DNA of 64,000 nucleotides. It comes from an uncultured Candidatus Saccharibacteria bacterium. GTDB taxonomy: Bacteria; Patescibacteriota; Minisyncoccia; Phycocordibacterales; SBAW01. The notes beneath the pieces are model-generated. The model saw only the letters and a program-made list of their open reading frames with translations. It had not been told where the DNA came from and did not search any database. Below, one piece after another: positions 19,458 to 29,453 of the stretch (position 1 is the stretch's first letter; the number at the start of each line of letters is the position of its first letter). Position numbers and translations under genes: made by a program. The stretch lies in assembly GCA_964420015.1 (NCBI GenBank), contig CAYQPO010000001.1, forward strand, positions 23,048 through 87,047. The letters run 5' to 3'.

Positions 19458-19676
19458 CTAGCGGCTATAGCCGCCCCAGCCGCTGAGACTGTAGATCGGC
19501 GGCCGTCGATCAGCATCTTGAGCCGGCGTCACCCCTGCGGCGATGGTCGGCTGCGTCCGCTGGTAACGCAGCTCGATAGCCTTAAAGGTGATCAGCAACC
19601 CCCCGGCCATCAGGGCTGCAAAAAAAATTGCCTGCCGCGCAACCTGCGGCATAGACAGCCAAGCTGATTTCAACAT
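19458..19676 (-). CDS. hypothetical small membrane protein
   Basis: 72-aa ORF with one TM (AIFFAALMAGGLLITF), GAGGGAG-like RBS 8 nt upstream. Confidence 0.3.
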   Translation of the reverse strand: MLKSAWLSMPQVARQAIFFAALMAGGLLITFKAIELRYQRTQPTIAAGVTPAQDADRRPPIYSLSGWGGYSR

Positions 19677-19756
19677 TGAGCATTCTCCCTCAGGAACGTT
19701 TTATCGACTGCATTATGCCTGAGCTAAGCTCATCTGTCAACCCGCGCTGTGCACAA

Positions 19757-19790
19757 TACAAAACGCCCCCAACCGTTGTGGCCGGGGGCG
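19757..19790 (-). terminator. rho-independent terminator of the 19812..20180 gene
   Basis: CGCCCCC-13-nt loop-GGGGGCG with U-tract on the minus strand. Confidence 0.5.
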
Positions 19791-19811
19791 TTTCGAACAT
19801 GAACGGCGCTG

Positions 19812-20180
19812 CTAGTCGGGCTCTTTGAATAAACTCCCGACGTTGCTGCAGCGGGCAACGTCCTCGCGCGGGCGCAGGTCAGGGTAGATGGTCGTCTGCA
19901 CGAAGATCACCCGATCCTCGGTCGGCACGCGGTCGCAAATTTGGACGACGGCCACCTGGTCCTGTTTGTGCTCGTCCTCAAAGACGACCCGCCGGGGTTG
20001 ACCCTGCACATGCGGGAGCACAAACTTGATGCGGTAGTAGCCGTAGCTCTTTTGGGGCTCCAGGGGCTTGATTTCGACCAAGGGCGGAGCCCTTTGGTCG
20101 AGCGCAGCAAGGCTGCTTGTGCCAGCCGTCCCAGCACCCAACACGCACGCAACACTCAAGATCAAACAGACCCGCCGCAT
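19812..20180 (-). CDS. hypothetical secreted protein
   Basis: 122-aa ORF with signal-peptide-like N-terminus MRRVCLILSVACVLGAGTAGTSS. Confidence 0.45.
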   Translation of the reverse strand: MRRVCLILSVACVLGAGTAGTSSLAALDQRAPPLVEIKPLEPQKSYGYYRIKFVLPHVQGQPRRVVFEDEHKQDQVAVVQICDRVPTEDRVIFVQTTIYPDLRPREDVARCSNVGSLFKEPD

Positions 20181-20304
20181 GAGTCTCTCCTTATGAAATG
20201 CGGGCCTCGGGGATACGCTTGCGAATACGCTAGCTAAACCATGGCCATTATGCCAATAAAAATAAGGTTGTCAAGAGCCTCACTTAGACCGAAAATTCTT
20301 TGCT

Positions 20305-21264
20305 ATGATTGAGCGCATGGCAGATAAACGCTTAGTGAGTGGAGTCAAACCCACTGGCAGACCTCATATTGGTAACTATTTCGGCGCAATGAAGCAATTT
20401 GTTGACCTTCTTAACACAGGGGAGTACGAGTGCTTTGTATTTGTCGCCGACTATCACGGTCTCAACTTTATCCAAAACGCAGAGGAAATGCGTAGCAATA
20501 TTGTTGATTTAGTAAAAGACTATATTGCTATCGGCCTAGATCCAAGAAAAGTCACTCTCTACAAACAATCAGACATACCCGAGCACGCAGAGCTTTGTTG
20601 GATATTCGACACCATAACCACGATGCCATATTTGATGCGTGCGCACGCATTTAAAGATGCGGAGGCGAAGAACAAAGAAATTTCTGTAGGAACTTTCAAT
20701 TACCCAATGTTAATGGCTGCCGATATTTTGCTCTACGACGCAGAAGTAGTGCCCGTCGGCCAGGATCAAAAACAACATGTTGAATATACCCGTGATACCG
20801 CCGAAAAATTCAATAGAGTCTTTGGCGAGGCTTTTAAGCTGCCAGTTGAGATCATCAAACAAGAGGTCGCCATCGTACCCGGTATCGACGGTCGTAAAAT
20901 GAGTAAAAGCTACAAAAACGACATAGGACTCTTTGCAACATACGAGGAAATAACTAAAGCCGTGATGAGCATCGTAACAGATTCAAGCGGCGAGCGCCCT
21001 GAGAATGTCTACGCCATCCACAAGCTATTTAAGAGCGAATATGAGCTCGCGTCGCTATATGAAACAAACAAAGGAAAATATAGAGTTTTGAAGGAAACTT
21101 TGATCAAAGACATCGACTCTCATATAGCCCACATGCGCGCGCGTCGCGCTGCCATAACCGAAGATGAAGTAAAGAAAGTATTGAAAGAGGGCGCCGAAAA
21201 AGCCCGTGCGCTCGCGTCAGCAAAGATGGCCGATGTCCGCCGCAAAGTCGGCGTGAGTTTGTAA
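20305..21264 (+). CDS. trpS: tryptophan--tRNA ligase
   Basis: class I HIGH region (KPTGRPHIGNYFGA), KMSKS, 319 aa typical of TrpRS; gene is markedly AT-richer (about 45% GC) than its neighbours. Confidence 0.85.
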   Translation: MIERMADKRLVSGVKPTGRPHIGNYFGAMKQFVDLLNTGEYECFVFVADYHGLNFIQNAEEMRSNIVDLVKDYIAIGLDPRKVTLYKQSDIPEHAELCWIFDTITTMPYLMRAHAFKDAEAKNKEISVGTFNYPMLMAADILLYDAEVVPVGQDQKQHVEYTRDTAEKFNRVFGEAFKLPVEIIKQEVAIVPGIDGRKMSKSYKNDIGLFATYEEITKAVMSIVTDSSGERPENVYAIHKLFKSEYELASLYETNKGKYRVLKETLIKDIDSHIAHMRARRAAITEDEVKKVLKEGAEKARALASAKMADVRRKVGVSL

Positions 21265-21271
21265 AAGGAAA

Positions 21272-21298
21272 AGCCCCGGATCACTCCGGGGCTTTTTA
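21272..21298 (+). terminator. rho-independent terminator after trpS
   Basis: AGCCCCGG-atcact-CCGGGGCT then TTTTT. Confidence 0.65.
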
Positions 21299-21316
21299 GT
21301 TCGTTAGGTGCCAAGC

Positions 21317-21589
21317 CTATTGCTTGCAAAGTGCGGCGAGTCTGGTGCTGAAGTAGGCCCCAACACACAGGCACAACCCCGCCACAGCCCGAGCCACGCT
21401 CACGGCTGTGTCGATGTCGCCATGCATGGCGACGAAGTATGCCGGCGGGAAAGCTGCGTAGTAGAGGTAGACGCCGACGAAGACGAGACAGACAAGCGCG
21501 CCCCAAAAGTATCCTCGGGCCTTCTCGTTGAGTGCGGCCCAAGCGAGGCCCCGCTCGACGCCCCGTTCGGCAAAAGAGATTTTAGTCAT
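21317..21589 (-). CDS. hypothetical membrane protein (2 TM)
   Basis: start moved to internal ATG (MTKISFAERG) preceded by GGGAG; two hydrophobic helices. Confidence 0.4.
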   Translation of the reverse strand: MTKISFAERGVERGLAWAALNEKARGYFWGALVCLVFVGVYLYYAAFPPAYFVAMHGDIDTAVSVARAVAGLCLCVGAYFSTRLAALCKQ

Positions 21590-21694
21590 GTGCAACTCCC
21601 TAAAATGGGTGACTTTGACGCAACAATATAATATTAAAAAATAAAAATCAACCATAAAGCATGACAGGGCTTTTTTGGGTATACTGAGCAATAC

Positions 21695-23017
21695 ATGCAA
21701 CGGACGCTCATTGCTGATTTGCCCAAACACAAAGGGGAGGTGGTTAACATCCGCGGCTGGGTGAGTGTGCGGCGCGATCAGGGTAAGATGGTCTTTTTCG
21801 ATATCCGCGACCGCTCGGGTTTTGTGCAGTGCGTCGCTCTCCCAAATTCAGCCCTAATAGAAATTGCCAAAGAAACGCGCAACGAGTATGTCGTGTCGAT
21901 CGAGGGCAAGGTGGGTGGGCGCCCGGCCAAAAATATTAATGCCAAGGTCCCCAATGGCGATATCGAGCTCGAGATCACCAGCATGAGTATTCTTGCTGCG
22001 GCAGAGTCGTTGCCGTTTGATATGTCTGAAAGTGGCTACAACCTCGACCTAACCACGGAGCTCGACCACCGCGCACTTACACTGCGCCACCCGCGTAATC
22101 AGGCGATATTTAAAGTCCAGGCCACGATCATCGACAGTTTTAGAGAGTTTATGAAGTCACAGGACTTTTTTGAGTTCCAAGCGCCCTCCATTGTACCTGC
22201 GACCGCCGAGGGGGGTGCAGAGGTGTTTAAGGTCGACTACTTTGGCAAGGATGCCTATCTCACCCAGTCGCCGCAGCTCTACAAACAAATTGTGATGACG
22301 GCGTTTGAGCGCGTGTTTAGTGTCAACAAAGTTTTTCGTGCCGAGCCGAGCCAGACCACTCGCCATCTGACCGAAATTGTCTCGCTCGACGCCGAGATGG
22401 CGTTTATCGACTCTTGGCGCGACGTGCGCGATATGGCGCAGGCCTGTGTGCGCTACGTTTTAAACGAAGTAGCTCACAAGTGTGACCGAGAGCTCGAGTT
22501 GCTCGGGGCGACGCTGCCGGCGATGCTCAAGGATACGCCGACGCTCTCCTTGCGCGAGGCGCTTATAAAAGTTGGCGCCGACCAGAGCGAAAAAGACCTC
22601 AACCCCGAGCAGGAGCGCAAACTCTGTGAGCTTATAAAGAGCGAGACCGGCTCGGACTTTGTGTTTGTCTACGGCTACCCAACGCGCCAAAAGCCGTTTT
22701 ATGTTTACCCCAACCCTGAGGAGCCCCAGTACAACGAAGGGATGGACTTATTGTGTCGTGGGGTGGAGTGGCTCTCGGGCGGGCGACGTATCAACGACTA
22801 TCAACAGCTTTTACAACACGTAGAAAAGTGGGGGATGGATCCTAAAAAAGTAGAAATGTTCCTCGAAGCCTTTCGCTATGGCGCCCCGCCCGAAGGGGGC
22901 TTTGCCTTGGGTGCTGAGCGGATGACGATGCAGATTTTGGGTCTCAAAAACATCCGCGAGGCAACCATGTTCCCCCGCGACATGGGCCGGATCGATCAGA
23001 GCTTGAGCGAAGAATAG
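21695..23017 (+). CDS. aspS: aspartate--tRNA ligase, archaeal/eukaryotic type (class IIb, 440 aa)
   Basis: N-terminal OB fold, QSPQLYKQ motif 1 region, FRAE motif 2 and GLGAERM motif 3; length typical of archaeal-type AspRS (AsnRS not fully excluded). Confidence 0.75.
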   Translation: MQRTLIADLPKHKGEVVNIRGWVSVRRDQGKMVFFDIRDRSGFVQCVALPNSALIEIAKETRNEYVVSIEGKVGGRPAKNINAKVPNGDIELEITSMSILAAAESLPFDMSESGYNLDLTTELDHRALTLRHPRNQAIFKVQATIIDSFREFMKSQDFFEFQAPSIVPATAEGGAEVFKVDYFGKDAYLTQSPQLYKQIVMTAFERVFSVNKVFRAEPSQTTRHLTEIVSLDAEMAFIDSWRDVRDMAQACVRYVLNEVAHKCDRELELLGATLPAMLKDTPTLSLREALIKVGADQSEKDLNPEQERKLCELIKSETGSDFVFVYGYPTRQKPFYVYPNPEEPQYNEGMDLLCRGVEWLSGGRRINDYQQLLQHVEKWGMDPKKVEMFLEAFRYGAPPEGGFALGAERMTMQILGLKNIREATMFPRDMGRIDQSLSEE

Positions 23018-23051
23018 CAAACCCCCGGCTCGCGCCGGGGGTTTTTCGTTT
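23018..23051 (+). terminator. rho-independent terminator after aspS
   Basis: CCCCCGGC-tcgc-GCCGGGGG then TTTTTCGTTTTT. Confidence 0.65.
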
Positions 23052-23064
23052 TTAAGGTAGCCGT

Positions 23065-23379
23065 TCAATAGGGCAGTGGCGGCCAACCAAACTCTATCTC
23101 AAGCCACTCGGGGCGCTCGACCACTCGGCCATCGGAATCAACAAGGTTGAGCGCCGCCGTAGTCTCGAGCTCTGACTCCTTGTAGCCGAGCTTCTCCTTT
23201 GCAATAACGCACAACAGGCGCTTAGTCCCGCCGGGGAGCATCCCGATGTACTCGACGGTTTTTTGCAGCTCCTTAAGCGCTTCCGATCGACCTTCAACCG
23301 CTGAAAGATCAATGGGTAGGGAGCGATAGTTGTTATTATGGTCACGATAATCAACCTGCCCTTGATACCTAAGCAGCAT
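23065..23379 (-). CDS. hypothetical protein
   Basis: 104 aa from internal ATG (MLLRYQG) preceded by AGGAGA RBS; no family recognised. Confidence 0.45.
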   Translation of the reverse strand: MLLRYQGQVDYRDHNNNYRSLPIDLSAVEGRSEALKELQKTVEYIGMLPGGTKRLLCVIAKEKLGYKESELETTAALNLVDSDGRVVERPEWLEIEFGWPPLPY

Positions 23380-23469
23380 CGGTTTCTCCTGTACTTGTTT
23401 ACAGAAAATAATAAAGTAAACGTATAACTCTGTCAATATACCCAAAATTCTTTGATACACTTAGCTCAA

Positions 23470-24216
23470 ATGCCGATTACGGTCAAAACGCCTGTATTTG
23501 AGGGTCCTTTGGATATCCTTTTGGAGCTGATAGAAAAGCGTAAGTTGCTCATCAACGATATTTCGCTCGCCTCGGTGGCCGACGAGTATATGCAGCGCAT
23601 CCAGGCTATTGGCACGTTCCCGGTGGGGGAGGCTGCTGAGTTTATTGCTCTTGCGGCAACGCTGCTTTTGATTAAATCACGCTCGCTTTTGCCCAACCTA
23701 CTATTGAGCGACGATGAGTCGCACGATATCAAAGAGCTCGAGTACCGTTTAGCGGTCTATCAAATTATTAAAGAAGCGGGCAAGGGGCTTGAGCGGCTCG
23801 ACCTGCCGCCCCTGCACGAGGGCAAACCGGTCGAACTTCCTCCGCTGTATATAAAAGATGCTTCGGTAACCGCTGCAAGCCTGCTCGAAGCGGCCCAGGC
23901 ACTCATCGCAGGATTCCCACAAAACCTGACGCTCCCCAAAGTGGCGGTCAAAAAAATTATTTCGATCGAAGAGATGATCGAGCGCATGGCGGGGCGTGTG
24001 CAGCAAGCGGTGCGCATGAGCTTTAGAGAGTTTGCGGGCAAACGCGAGCGCACCGAGGTGATCGTGGGTTTTTTGGCGCTCCTCGAGCTGGTCAAGCAGG
24101 GTATACTAAAGGCTGAACAGCAAGAGGAACACGGGGATATTACCCTGGAGTCGGATTCTGTGGGAACCCCGCGATACGGGAGTACCGATTCAAACCAAGA
24201 TGGAGGAGAAAATTGA
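23470..24216 (+). CDS. scpA: segregation and condensation protein A
   Basis: FEGPLDILLELIEKRKLLINDISLASVADEY is the ScpA N-terminal signature; followed by scpB. Confidence 0.8.
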   Translation: MPITVKTPVFEGPLDILLELIEKRKLLINDISLASVADEYMQRIQAIGTFPVGEAAEFIALAATLLLIKSRSLLPNLLLSDDESHDIKELEYRLAVYQIIKEAGKGLERLDLPPLHEGKPVELPPLYIKDASVTAASLLEAAQALIAGFPQNLTLPKVAVKKIISIEEMIERMAGRVQQAVRMSFREFAGKRERTEVIVGFLALLELVKQGILKAEQQEEHGDITLESDSVGTPRYGSTDSNQDGGEN

Positions 24217-24742
24217 AGCATTACTATTTGCCTTGGGCCGACCACTTTCGCGCGCCGAACTCCAAAAGATGCTCGGTGCAAACGCCACAGAGGTTAGCGC
24301 CGCAATAGACACACTTGTCGCAAGGCGAAGCGGGATTGTAATTGTCGACGACGGCAAAGAAATTGAGCTGCGCACCTCAAGCGAAGCTGCGGGGGTTGTA
24401 GAGCGCGTGCGCAAAGAGGAGTACTCGCGCGAGATAGGCCGCGCGGGCCTAGAGGTGCTCTCAGCGGTTATCTATCGCGGGCCACTTTCTCGAAGCGAAA
24501 TCGACTTTATTCGTGGGGTCAACTCATCGCAGACCCTTCGCACACTCATGCTGCGCGGGTTGCTTCGCCGCATACCCAACCCCAAAGATGAGCGCTCATT
24601 TTTGTACGAGCCGACCAACGAGCTCTTGGCCGAGCTCGGGGTGCAGCGCGTGCAAGACCTGCCCGACTTTACCGAGGTGCGACAAAAACTGCACCAACTC
24701 GAGGAGACATATAAACAAAAGCAAGCCGAACAACTACAATGA
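24200..24742 (+). CDS. scpB: segregation and condensation protein B
   Basis: IEALLFALGRPLSRAEL winged-helix N-terminus; overlaps scpA stop. Confidence 0.8.
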   Translation: MEEKIEALLFALGRPLSRAELQKMLGANATEVSAAIDTLVARRSGIVIVDDGKEIELRTSSEAAGVVERVRKEEYSREIGRAGLEVLSAVIYRGPLSRSEIDFIRGVNSSQTLRTLMLRGLLRRIPNPKDERSFLYEPTNELLAELGVQRVQDLPDFTEVRQKLHQLEETYKQKQAEQLQ

Positions 24743-25656
24743 ATAACTCCGTAAAGCAATTTGTATATTTTTGTGTCGCTTCGGTGCTTGCGGTGTTGGT
24801 GGTGGCGGGTGCGTTTGGTGGAGGAGTCTACGCCACTGTGCGTATCAACAGTGCCAACGAGCCCGCCGCGGTTGTGGTTGCCCCCGCGTTTAATTTGGAT
24901 GCATCTTTGCTCACGGCCAAGTCGGCGTTGCTTTTAGATCTTAAAAGTGGTCAAGTACTCTATCAGAAAAACGCTTACGATGTGCGCCCACTCGCTTCGC
25001 TTACTAAACTGATGAGCTGCGAGGTGGTGCTCTCTCAAAAGTCGCTTGATACGCCGGTTGAGATTACTTCTGAAGACCTCAAGCCCGAGGGCGACTGGGG
25101 CTTAAGAGTGGGCCAAACACTCTCGCTCGAAAACCTAATCGATATGGCCCTCATCGCTTCGAGCAACGACGCGATGCAGGCTGCTGCTTCGACCTTGGGC
25201 CCTGACCCAGCGGAGGCGATGAACGACACTGCAACCAAGCTTGGGCTCTCGGACATGCGCTTTCTTAACGCCACAGGGCTCGACTCGAGCCAGGAGACGG
25301 CAGGCGCTTACGGCTCGGCCTACGATGTGGCGCGCCTGGCGACCGCGTTCTTTAAAGAGCACTCAGACCTGTTTGAGCTCACCACCAAGCCCGGCATCTC
25401 GATCGAGGTTAATGGCCGCACGCTCACTGCCGAGGCGACTGCGCTACCGCTCGACTCTATCCCGGGTTTTGTGGCAGCCAAAACCGGCTATACTGATCTC
25501 GCCGGGGGCAACCTAGTAGCGATATTTGATCTTGAACCAGGCAAAACGGTTGTGGCAGCAATCTTAGGCTCGACGCGCGATGGCCGCTTTAGTGATGTAA
25601 AAACTCTTATCGATGCCGCACGAGCGGCACTTGGCAACTATTATGGTAGACCTTAG
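24739..25656 (+). CDS. D-alanyl-D-alanine carboxypeptidase (PBP5/6-type, S11 peptidase)
   Basis: SxxK (ASLTKLMS), SxN (ASSND) and KTG (AKTGYT) motifs after a signal/TM segment. Confidence 0.75.
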   Translation: MNNSVKQFVYFCVASVLAVLVVAGAFGGGVYATVRINSANEPAAVVVAPAFNLDASLLTAKSALLLDLKSGQVLYQKNAYDVRPLASLTKLMSCEVVLSQKSLDTPVEITSEDLKPEGDWGLRVGQTLSLENLIDMALIASSNDAMQAAASTLGPDPAEAMNDTATKLGLSDMRFLNATGLDSSQETAGAYGSAYDVARLATAFFKEHSDLFELTTKPGISIEVNGRTLTAEATALPLDSIPGFVAAKTGYTDLAGGNLVAIFDLEPGKTVVAAILGSTRDGRFSDVKTLIDAARAALGNYYGRP

Positions 25657-25669
25657 TACCGGAGAAGTG

Positions 25670-26707
25670 ATGCGTATTTTGATCCCTGCAGCATTGAGCT
25701 TTTTGATCGGGATCGGGATCACGCCGTTTGTGACACACTTCCTCTACAAATATAAAATGTGGAAGCGCAAAGGCGGCAAAGTTGCGCTCGACGGCACAAC
25801 GGCGGTCGAGTTTAACCGTCTACACGAGCAAAAAGAGGTGGGTACGCCGCGCTTTGGTGGGATTATTGTGTGGGGCAGCGTGATGCTCTGTGCCGACCTG
25901 CTCAGCCTGCTTGCGCGCGTCTACCCAGCCGCGTTTGTCAGCCTCACCTTTATCAGCCGCGCACAAACCTGGGTACCTTTAGCCGCGTTTGCGGTGGGCG
26001 CCTTATTTGGTTTTATCGATGACCTGTTTGAGGTAGTGATGCAGCAGGGTCTGCGTCTGCGCGTACGTTTATTGATCGTCGGCGCCACGCTCCTCTTGGT
26101 TGGTTCTTGGTTTTATGACAAGCTTGATGTGCACACCATAAGCGTGCCGTTTGGGACTGGCGTGGCCGATTTGGGTTACCTCTTTATCCCGTTCTTTATT
26201 CTCGTGGGCCTCTTTATATATGCCGGCGGAGTAATAGACGGGATCGACGGGCTCGCAGGCGGGATCTACGCGACGATCTTTGGTGCCTACGCAGCGATAG
26301 CCTTCTTTCAAAATCAGCTCGACGTCGCCGCACTTAGTGCGGCTATCGCCGGAGGACTGCTTGCATTCTTGTGGTTTAATATTCCACCCGCGCGCTTTTA
26401 TCTTTCTGAAACAGGCACGATGGCGCTCACGCTCACGCTCACCACGCTCGCGTTCTTCACCGACACGCTTGCCTCGGGTAAAGGACTCACCGTGCTGCCC
26501 GTAATCGCGCTTCTACCAGTCATCACCGTGCTCTCCAATATCGTGCAGGTATTTGGTAAAAAAGTTTTGGGCCGCAAGGTCTTGCGCATAGCGCCGCTGC
26601 ATCACCATTTTGAAGCAATAGGCTGGCCGCCCTACAAGGTAACCATGCGCTATTGGGTCGTAGGCGTGATAGTTGCGATTTTGGGGATCATTATTGCTCT
26701 TCTCTAA
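25670..26707 (+). CDS. mraY: phospho-N-acetylmuramoyl-pentapeptide transferase
   Basis: multi-TM protein, DDxxD-like (FIDDLFEV) and ...IDGIDGLAGG motifs; start moved to ATG after GGAGAAG. Confidence 0.85.
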   Translation: MRILIPAALSFLIGIGITPFVTHFLYKYKMWKRKGGKVALDGTTAVEFNRLHEQKEVGTPRFGGIIVWGSVMLCADLLSLLARVYPAAFVSLTFISRAQTWVPLAAFAVGALFGFIDDLFEVVMQQGLRLRVRLLIVGATLLLVGSWFYDKLDVHTISVPFGTGVADLGYLFIPFFILVGLFIYAGGVIDGIDGLAGGIYATIFGAYAAIAFFQNQLDVAALSAAIAGGLLAFLWFNIPPARFYLSETGTMALTLTLTTLAFFTDTLASGKGLTVLPVIALLPVITVLSNIVQVFGKKVLGRKVLRIAPLHHHFEAIGWPPYKVTMRYWVVGVIVAILGIIIALL

Positions 26708-26709
26708 CT

Positions 26710-27807
26710 ATGAAGGATCGTGCGGCAGATATGCCATTTTTGCTCGTGTTTCTGGCGCTTATTACGTTTGGCATACTCATCTTTACTTCGGCGGCACTGG
26801 GGCTCTTGGCGCGCGATGGGGCAACCTTTCAGTCGGTGGCGATATCGCAGCTTTTGCTTGGATTTTTGTGCGGAGGAGCAGCGCTCCTCGTAATTGCCAA
26901 GAGCGACTACCGGCAGTGGCGACCGTATACCGTCTACTTTTGGGGCTTAGCGATGATGCTCACCCTGCTCACCTTTGTGCCCCACGTGGGGCTCGAGCTC
27001 AAAGGCGCCTCGCGATGGCTCGTGCTTGGACCTTTGTCATTTCAGCCGGTAGAGCTACTCAAGTTTGCCACGGTGGTTTTTTTGGCTGCGATCTATGCGG
27101 GCAAACTTAAGGCGGTCGAGACGTGGAGGGGCGGGTTGCTCCCGCTCGGGCTAATCGCCGGCAGCGCCGCAGCAATTGTATTGGTGCAGCCCGATACCGC
27201 GAGCGCGATGATCATGTCTGCTGCGGCGGTTGTCGTACTCTTTGCTGCCGGCGGGCGTATAAGCCACCTCGCCGTCTTGGCATTGGTTGGGGTAGTAGTG
27301 CTTGCCGGAGCAGCTCTGGTGTATCCGCACGTGCGCGACCGCTTGACAACTTTCATCGACCACAAGAGCGACCCACAAGGTTCGGGCTATCAAATTGAGC
27401 AGAGCTTAATAGCTGTTGGCTCGGGAGGATGGAGTGGCCGCGGCTTTGGCCAAAGTTTGGAGAAGTTTTCGTACTTGCCCGAGCCGATAGGCGACTCCGT
27501 GTTTGCGGTTGCTGCCGAGGAGTTTGGATTTTTAGGCTCGGCGATACTCGTGCTCCTCTACGCAAGCGTGGCGCTCTTAGGCCTCAGGATCGCGGCGCGC
27601 GCGCCCGACCCATTTGGCGGGCTCATGGCCCTAGGCTTAGTGGTGCTCATTGTTGGGCAATCGCTGTTTAACATTGCCTCCTCGATCGCGCTCGTGCCGT
27701 TGGTGGGCGTGCCACTTATTTTTGTCTCGCACGGCGGCACCGCACTTGCGATCGCGCTCATGGAGGTGGGCGTTATACTGTCTATATCGCGCAGGATGAA
27801 GCATTAA
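26710..27807 (+). CDS. ftsW: SEDS-family peptidoglycan glycosyltransferase (FtsW/RodA type)
   Basis: 10-TM protein, conserved FQPVELLKF and C-terminal PLIFVSHGGTA segments; lies between mraY and murG. Confidence 0.8.
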   Translation: MKDRAADMPFLLVFLALITFGILIFTSAALGLLARDGATFQSVAISQLLLGFLCGGAALLVIAKSDYRQWRPYTVYFWGLAMMLTLLTFVPHVGLELKGASRWLVLGPLSFQPVELLKFATVVFLAAIYAGKLKAVETWRGGLLPLGLIAGSAAAIVLVQPDTASAMIMSAAAVVVLFAAGGRISHLAVLALVGVVVLAGAALVYPHVRDRLTTFIDHKSDPQGSGYQIEQSLIAVGSGGWSGRGFGQSLEKFSYLPEPIGDSVFAVAAEEFGFLGSAILVLLYASVALLGLRIAARAPDPFGGLMALGLVVLIVGQSLFNIASSIALVPLVGVPLIFVSHGGTALAIALMEVGVILSISRRMKH

Positions 27808-27814
27808 ATCTACT

Positions 27815-28945
27815 ATGAAAATTCTTTTTACTGGCGGGGGCTCGGGTGGACACTTTTATCCCGTAATTGCAGTAGTCGAGGCGCTCAACGATCTCGCTCG
27901 AGAGAGGCGCCTGCTTGAGCCGGAGCTCTATTATGCTGCGCCCGAGCCGTATGACCGCGAGCTCTTGCTTGCCAACAATATCACCTTTGTACCCACTGCC
28001 GCAGGCAAGCTCCGTAACTACTTCTCCATTCTCAACTTTTTAGACTGGTTTAAAACGGGGTGGGGGACGCTGCGCTCAATGCTGCGGATCTTCTTTCTCT
28101 ATCCCGACGTAATCTTTAGCACCGGGGGGTATGCGAGCTTCCCTACGCTGCTTGCGGGGCAACTTTTTAGGATCCCAACGATCATCTTAAACTGCGACGC
28201 TTCGCCAGGGAGAGTCAACGCATGGGCAAGCCGCTTTGCGACCAAAATAGCGGTCGCATTCGCCGAAGGAGCAAAGCAATTCCCCAAGGACAAAGTGGCT
28301 TATACCGGCAACCCGGTGCGCAAAGCGGCGCTCATCCCCGCGCGCGATGGGGCGTTTGAGTACTTTAAACTCAACCGAGACATTCCGACCATTTTGGTGA
28401 CTGGCGGCTCGCAAGGATCACAGACAATCAACGAGGCCGTCTTGGCTGCATTGCCCAAACTTTTGCAAAAATACCAAGTGATACACCAAACGGGCACTGA
28501 CCACATCGCTGATGTTGAGAGCCGGGCAAAAGTAGTGATGGGCGATAGTCCCGACTTAGAGCGCTACCACCCTACCGCGTATCTCAACGACTTGGCCACG
28601 CGCATGGCCGCAGGTGTGGCCAACTTGATTATCTCGCGCGCGGGAGCAGGGAATATTTTTGAGGCAGCCGCGTGGGGGATACCGACCATTTTGATTCCGA
28701 TCCCAGCGCCTACGAGCCACGACCAAGAAAAGAATGCGTTTGCCTACGCGCGCGCGGGCGGCGCGATCATTATTGAGCAGAACAACCTTACACCGGGTCT
28801 GTTGGTCTCTGAGGTTGATCGCATTTTGGGGAGCGAGCAGCTGCGTCATGCAATGAGCAACGCCGCGCGGGCCTTTAGCCGCCCCGACGCAGCCATTGTG
28901 ATCGCCAACGCCATCCTCGACATTGCGCTGAGCCACGAAGAGTAA
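27815..28945 (+). CDS. murG: undecaprenyldiphospho-muramoylpentapeptide beta-N-acetylglucosaminyltransferase
   Basis: MKILFTGGGSGGHFYP (G-loop 1) and C-terminal GT-B domain; 376 aa. Confidence 0.85.
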   Translation: MKILFTGGGSGGHFYPVIAVVEALNDLARERRLLEPELYYAAPEPYDRELLLANNITFVPTAAGKLRNYFSILNFLDWFKTGWGTLRSMLRIFFLYPDVIFSTGGYASFPTLLAGQLFRIPTIILNCDASPGRVNAWASRFATKIAVAFAEGAKQFPKDKVAYTGNPVRKAALIPARDGAFEYFKLNRDIPTILVTGGSQGSQTINEAVLAALPKLLQKYQVIHQTGTDHIADVESRAKVVMGDSPDLERYHPTAYLNDLATRMAAGVANLIISRAGAGNIFEAAAWGIPTILIPIPAPTSHDQEKNAFAYARAGGAIIIEQNNLTPGLLVSEVDRILGSEQLRHAMSNAARAFSRPDAAIVIANAILDIALSHEE

Positions 28946-29000
28946 AACAGAAAACCCGCCCAGCAGAAGCCGGGAGGGTTTCTGCACGAGCGGGTTGGGG

Positions 29001-29345
29001 TCAGACTTCCAGCTGCTTAGCGCGATCGGGAAAGCGACGCCTGAAGTTCCACCAGTTGAATTCGGCCATAAACAAAGGCCAAACCAACACTCCTATCACG
29101 ACAGCAGAGCCGAGGGTGGCGAACACCAACAATCCGAGCACGTCGTGGGGGATCTCCTGACGGTGGCTCAGGATAAGTCCGAGACCGACAGTGATGATCA
29201 GCGTGGGGGCGGCGATCATGTGCGTCCCAAGGCCGACCGGGCAAGGCTGCATAGGCATGCCCATGGCAGTGATACATCCATCAAACGTGTCGGCACAGCC
29301 GATGGCGAACAAGCCAAAATTACGAAGACCAGTGCGGAGGCTCAT
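29001..29345 (-). CDS. hypothetical Cys-rich membrane protein
   Basis: 114 aa from internal ATG; motif CADTFDGCITAMGMPMQPCP then two TM helices. Confidence 0.4.
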   Translation of the reverse strand: MSLRTGLRNFGLFAIGCADTFDGCITAMGMPMQPCPVGLGTHMIAAPTLIITVGLGLILSHRQEIPHDVLGLLVFATLGSAVVIGVLVWPLFMAEFNWWNFRRRFPDRAKQLEV

Positions 29346-29453
29346 GGAGGAGTCCTTTCGTTGTGAATCCTGCCTCAATAATGCACTTAAAATATAGATC
29401 TGTCAAGCCTAAAACACGAAGCGACATAAGGGTATTTTTGGTATAGTTTTTGA

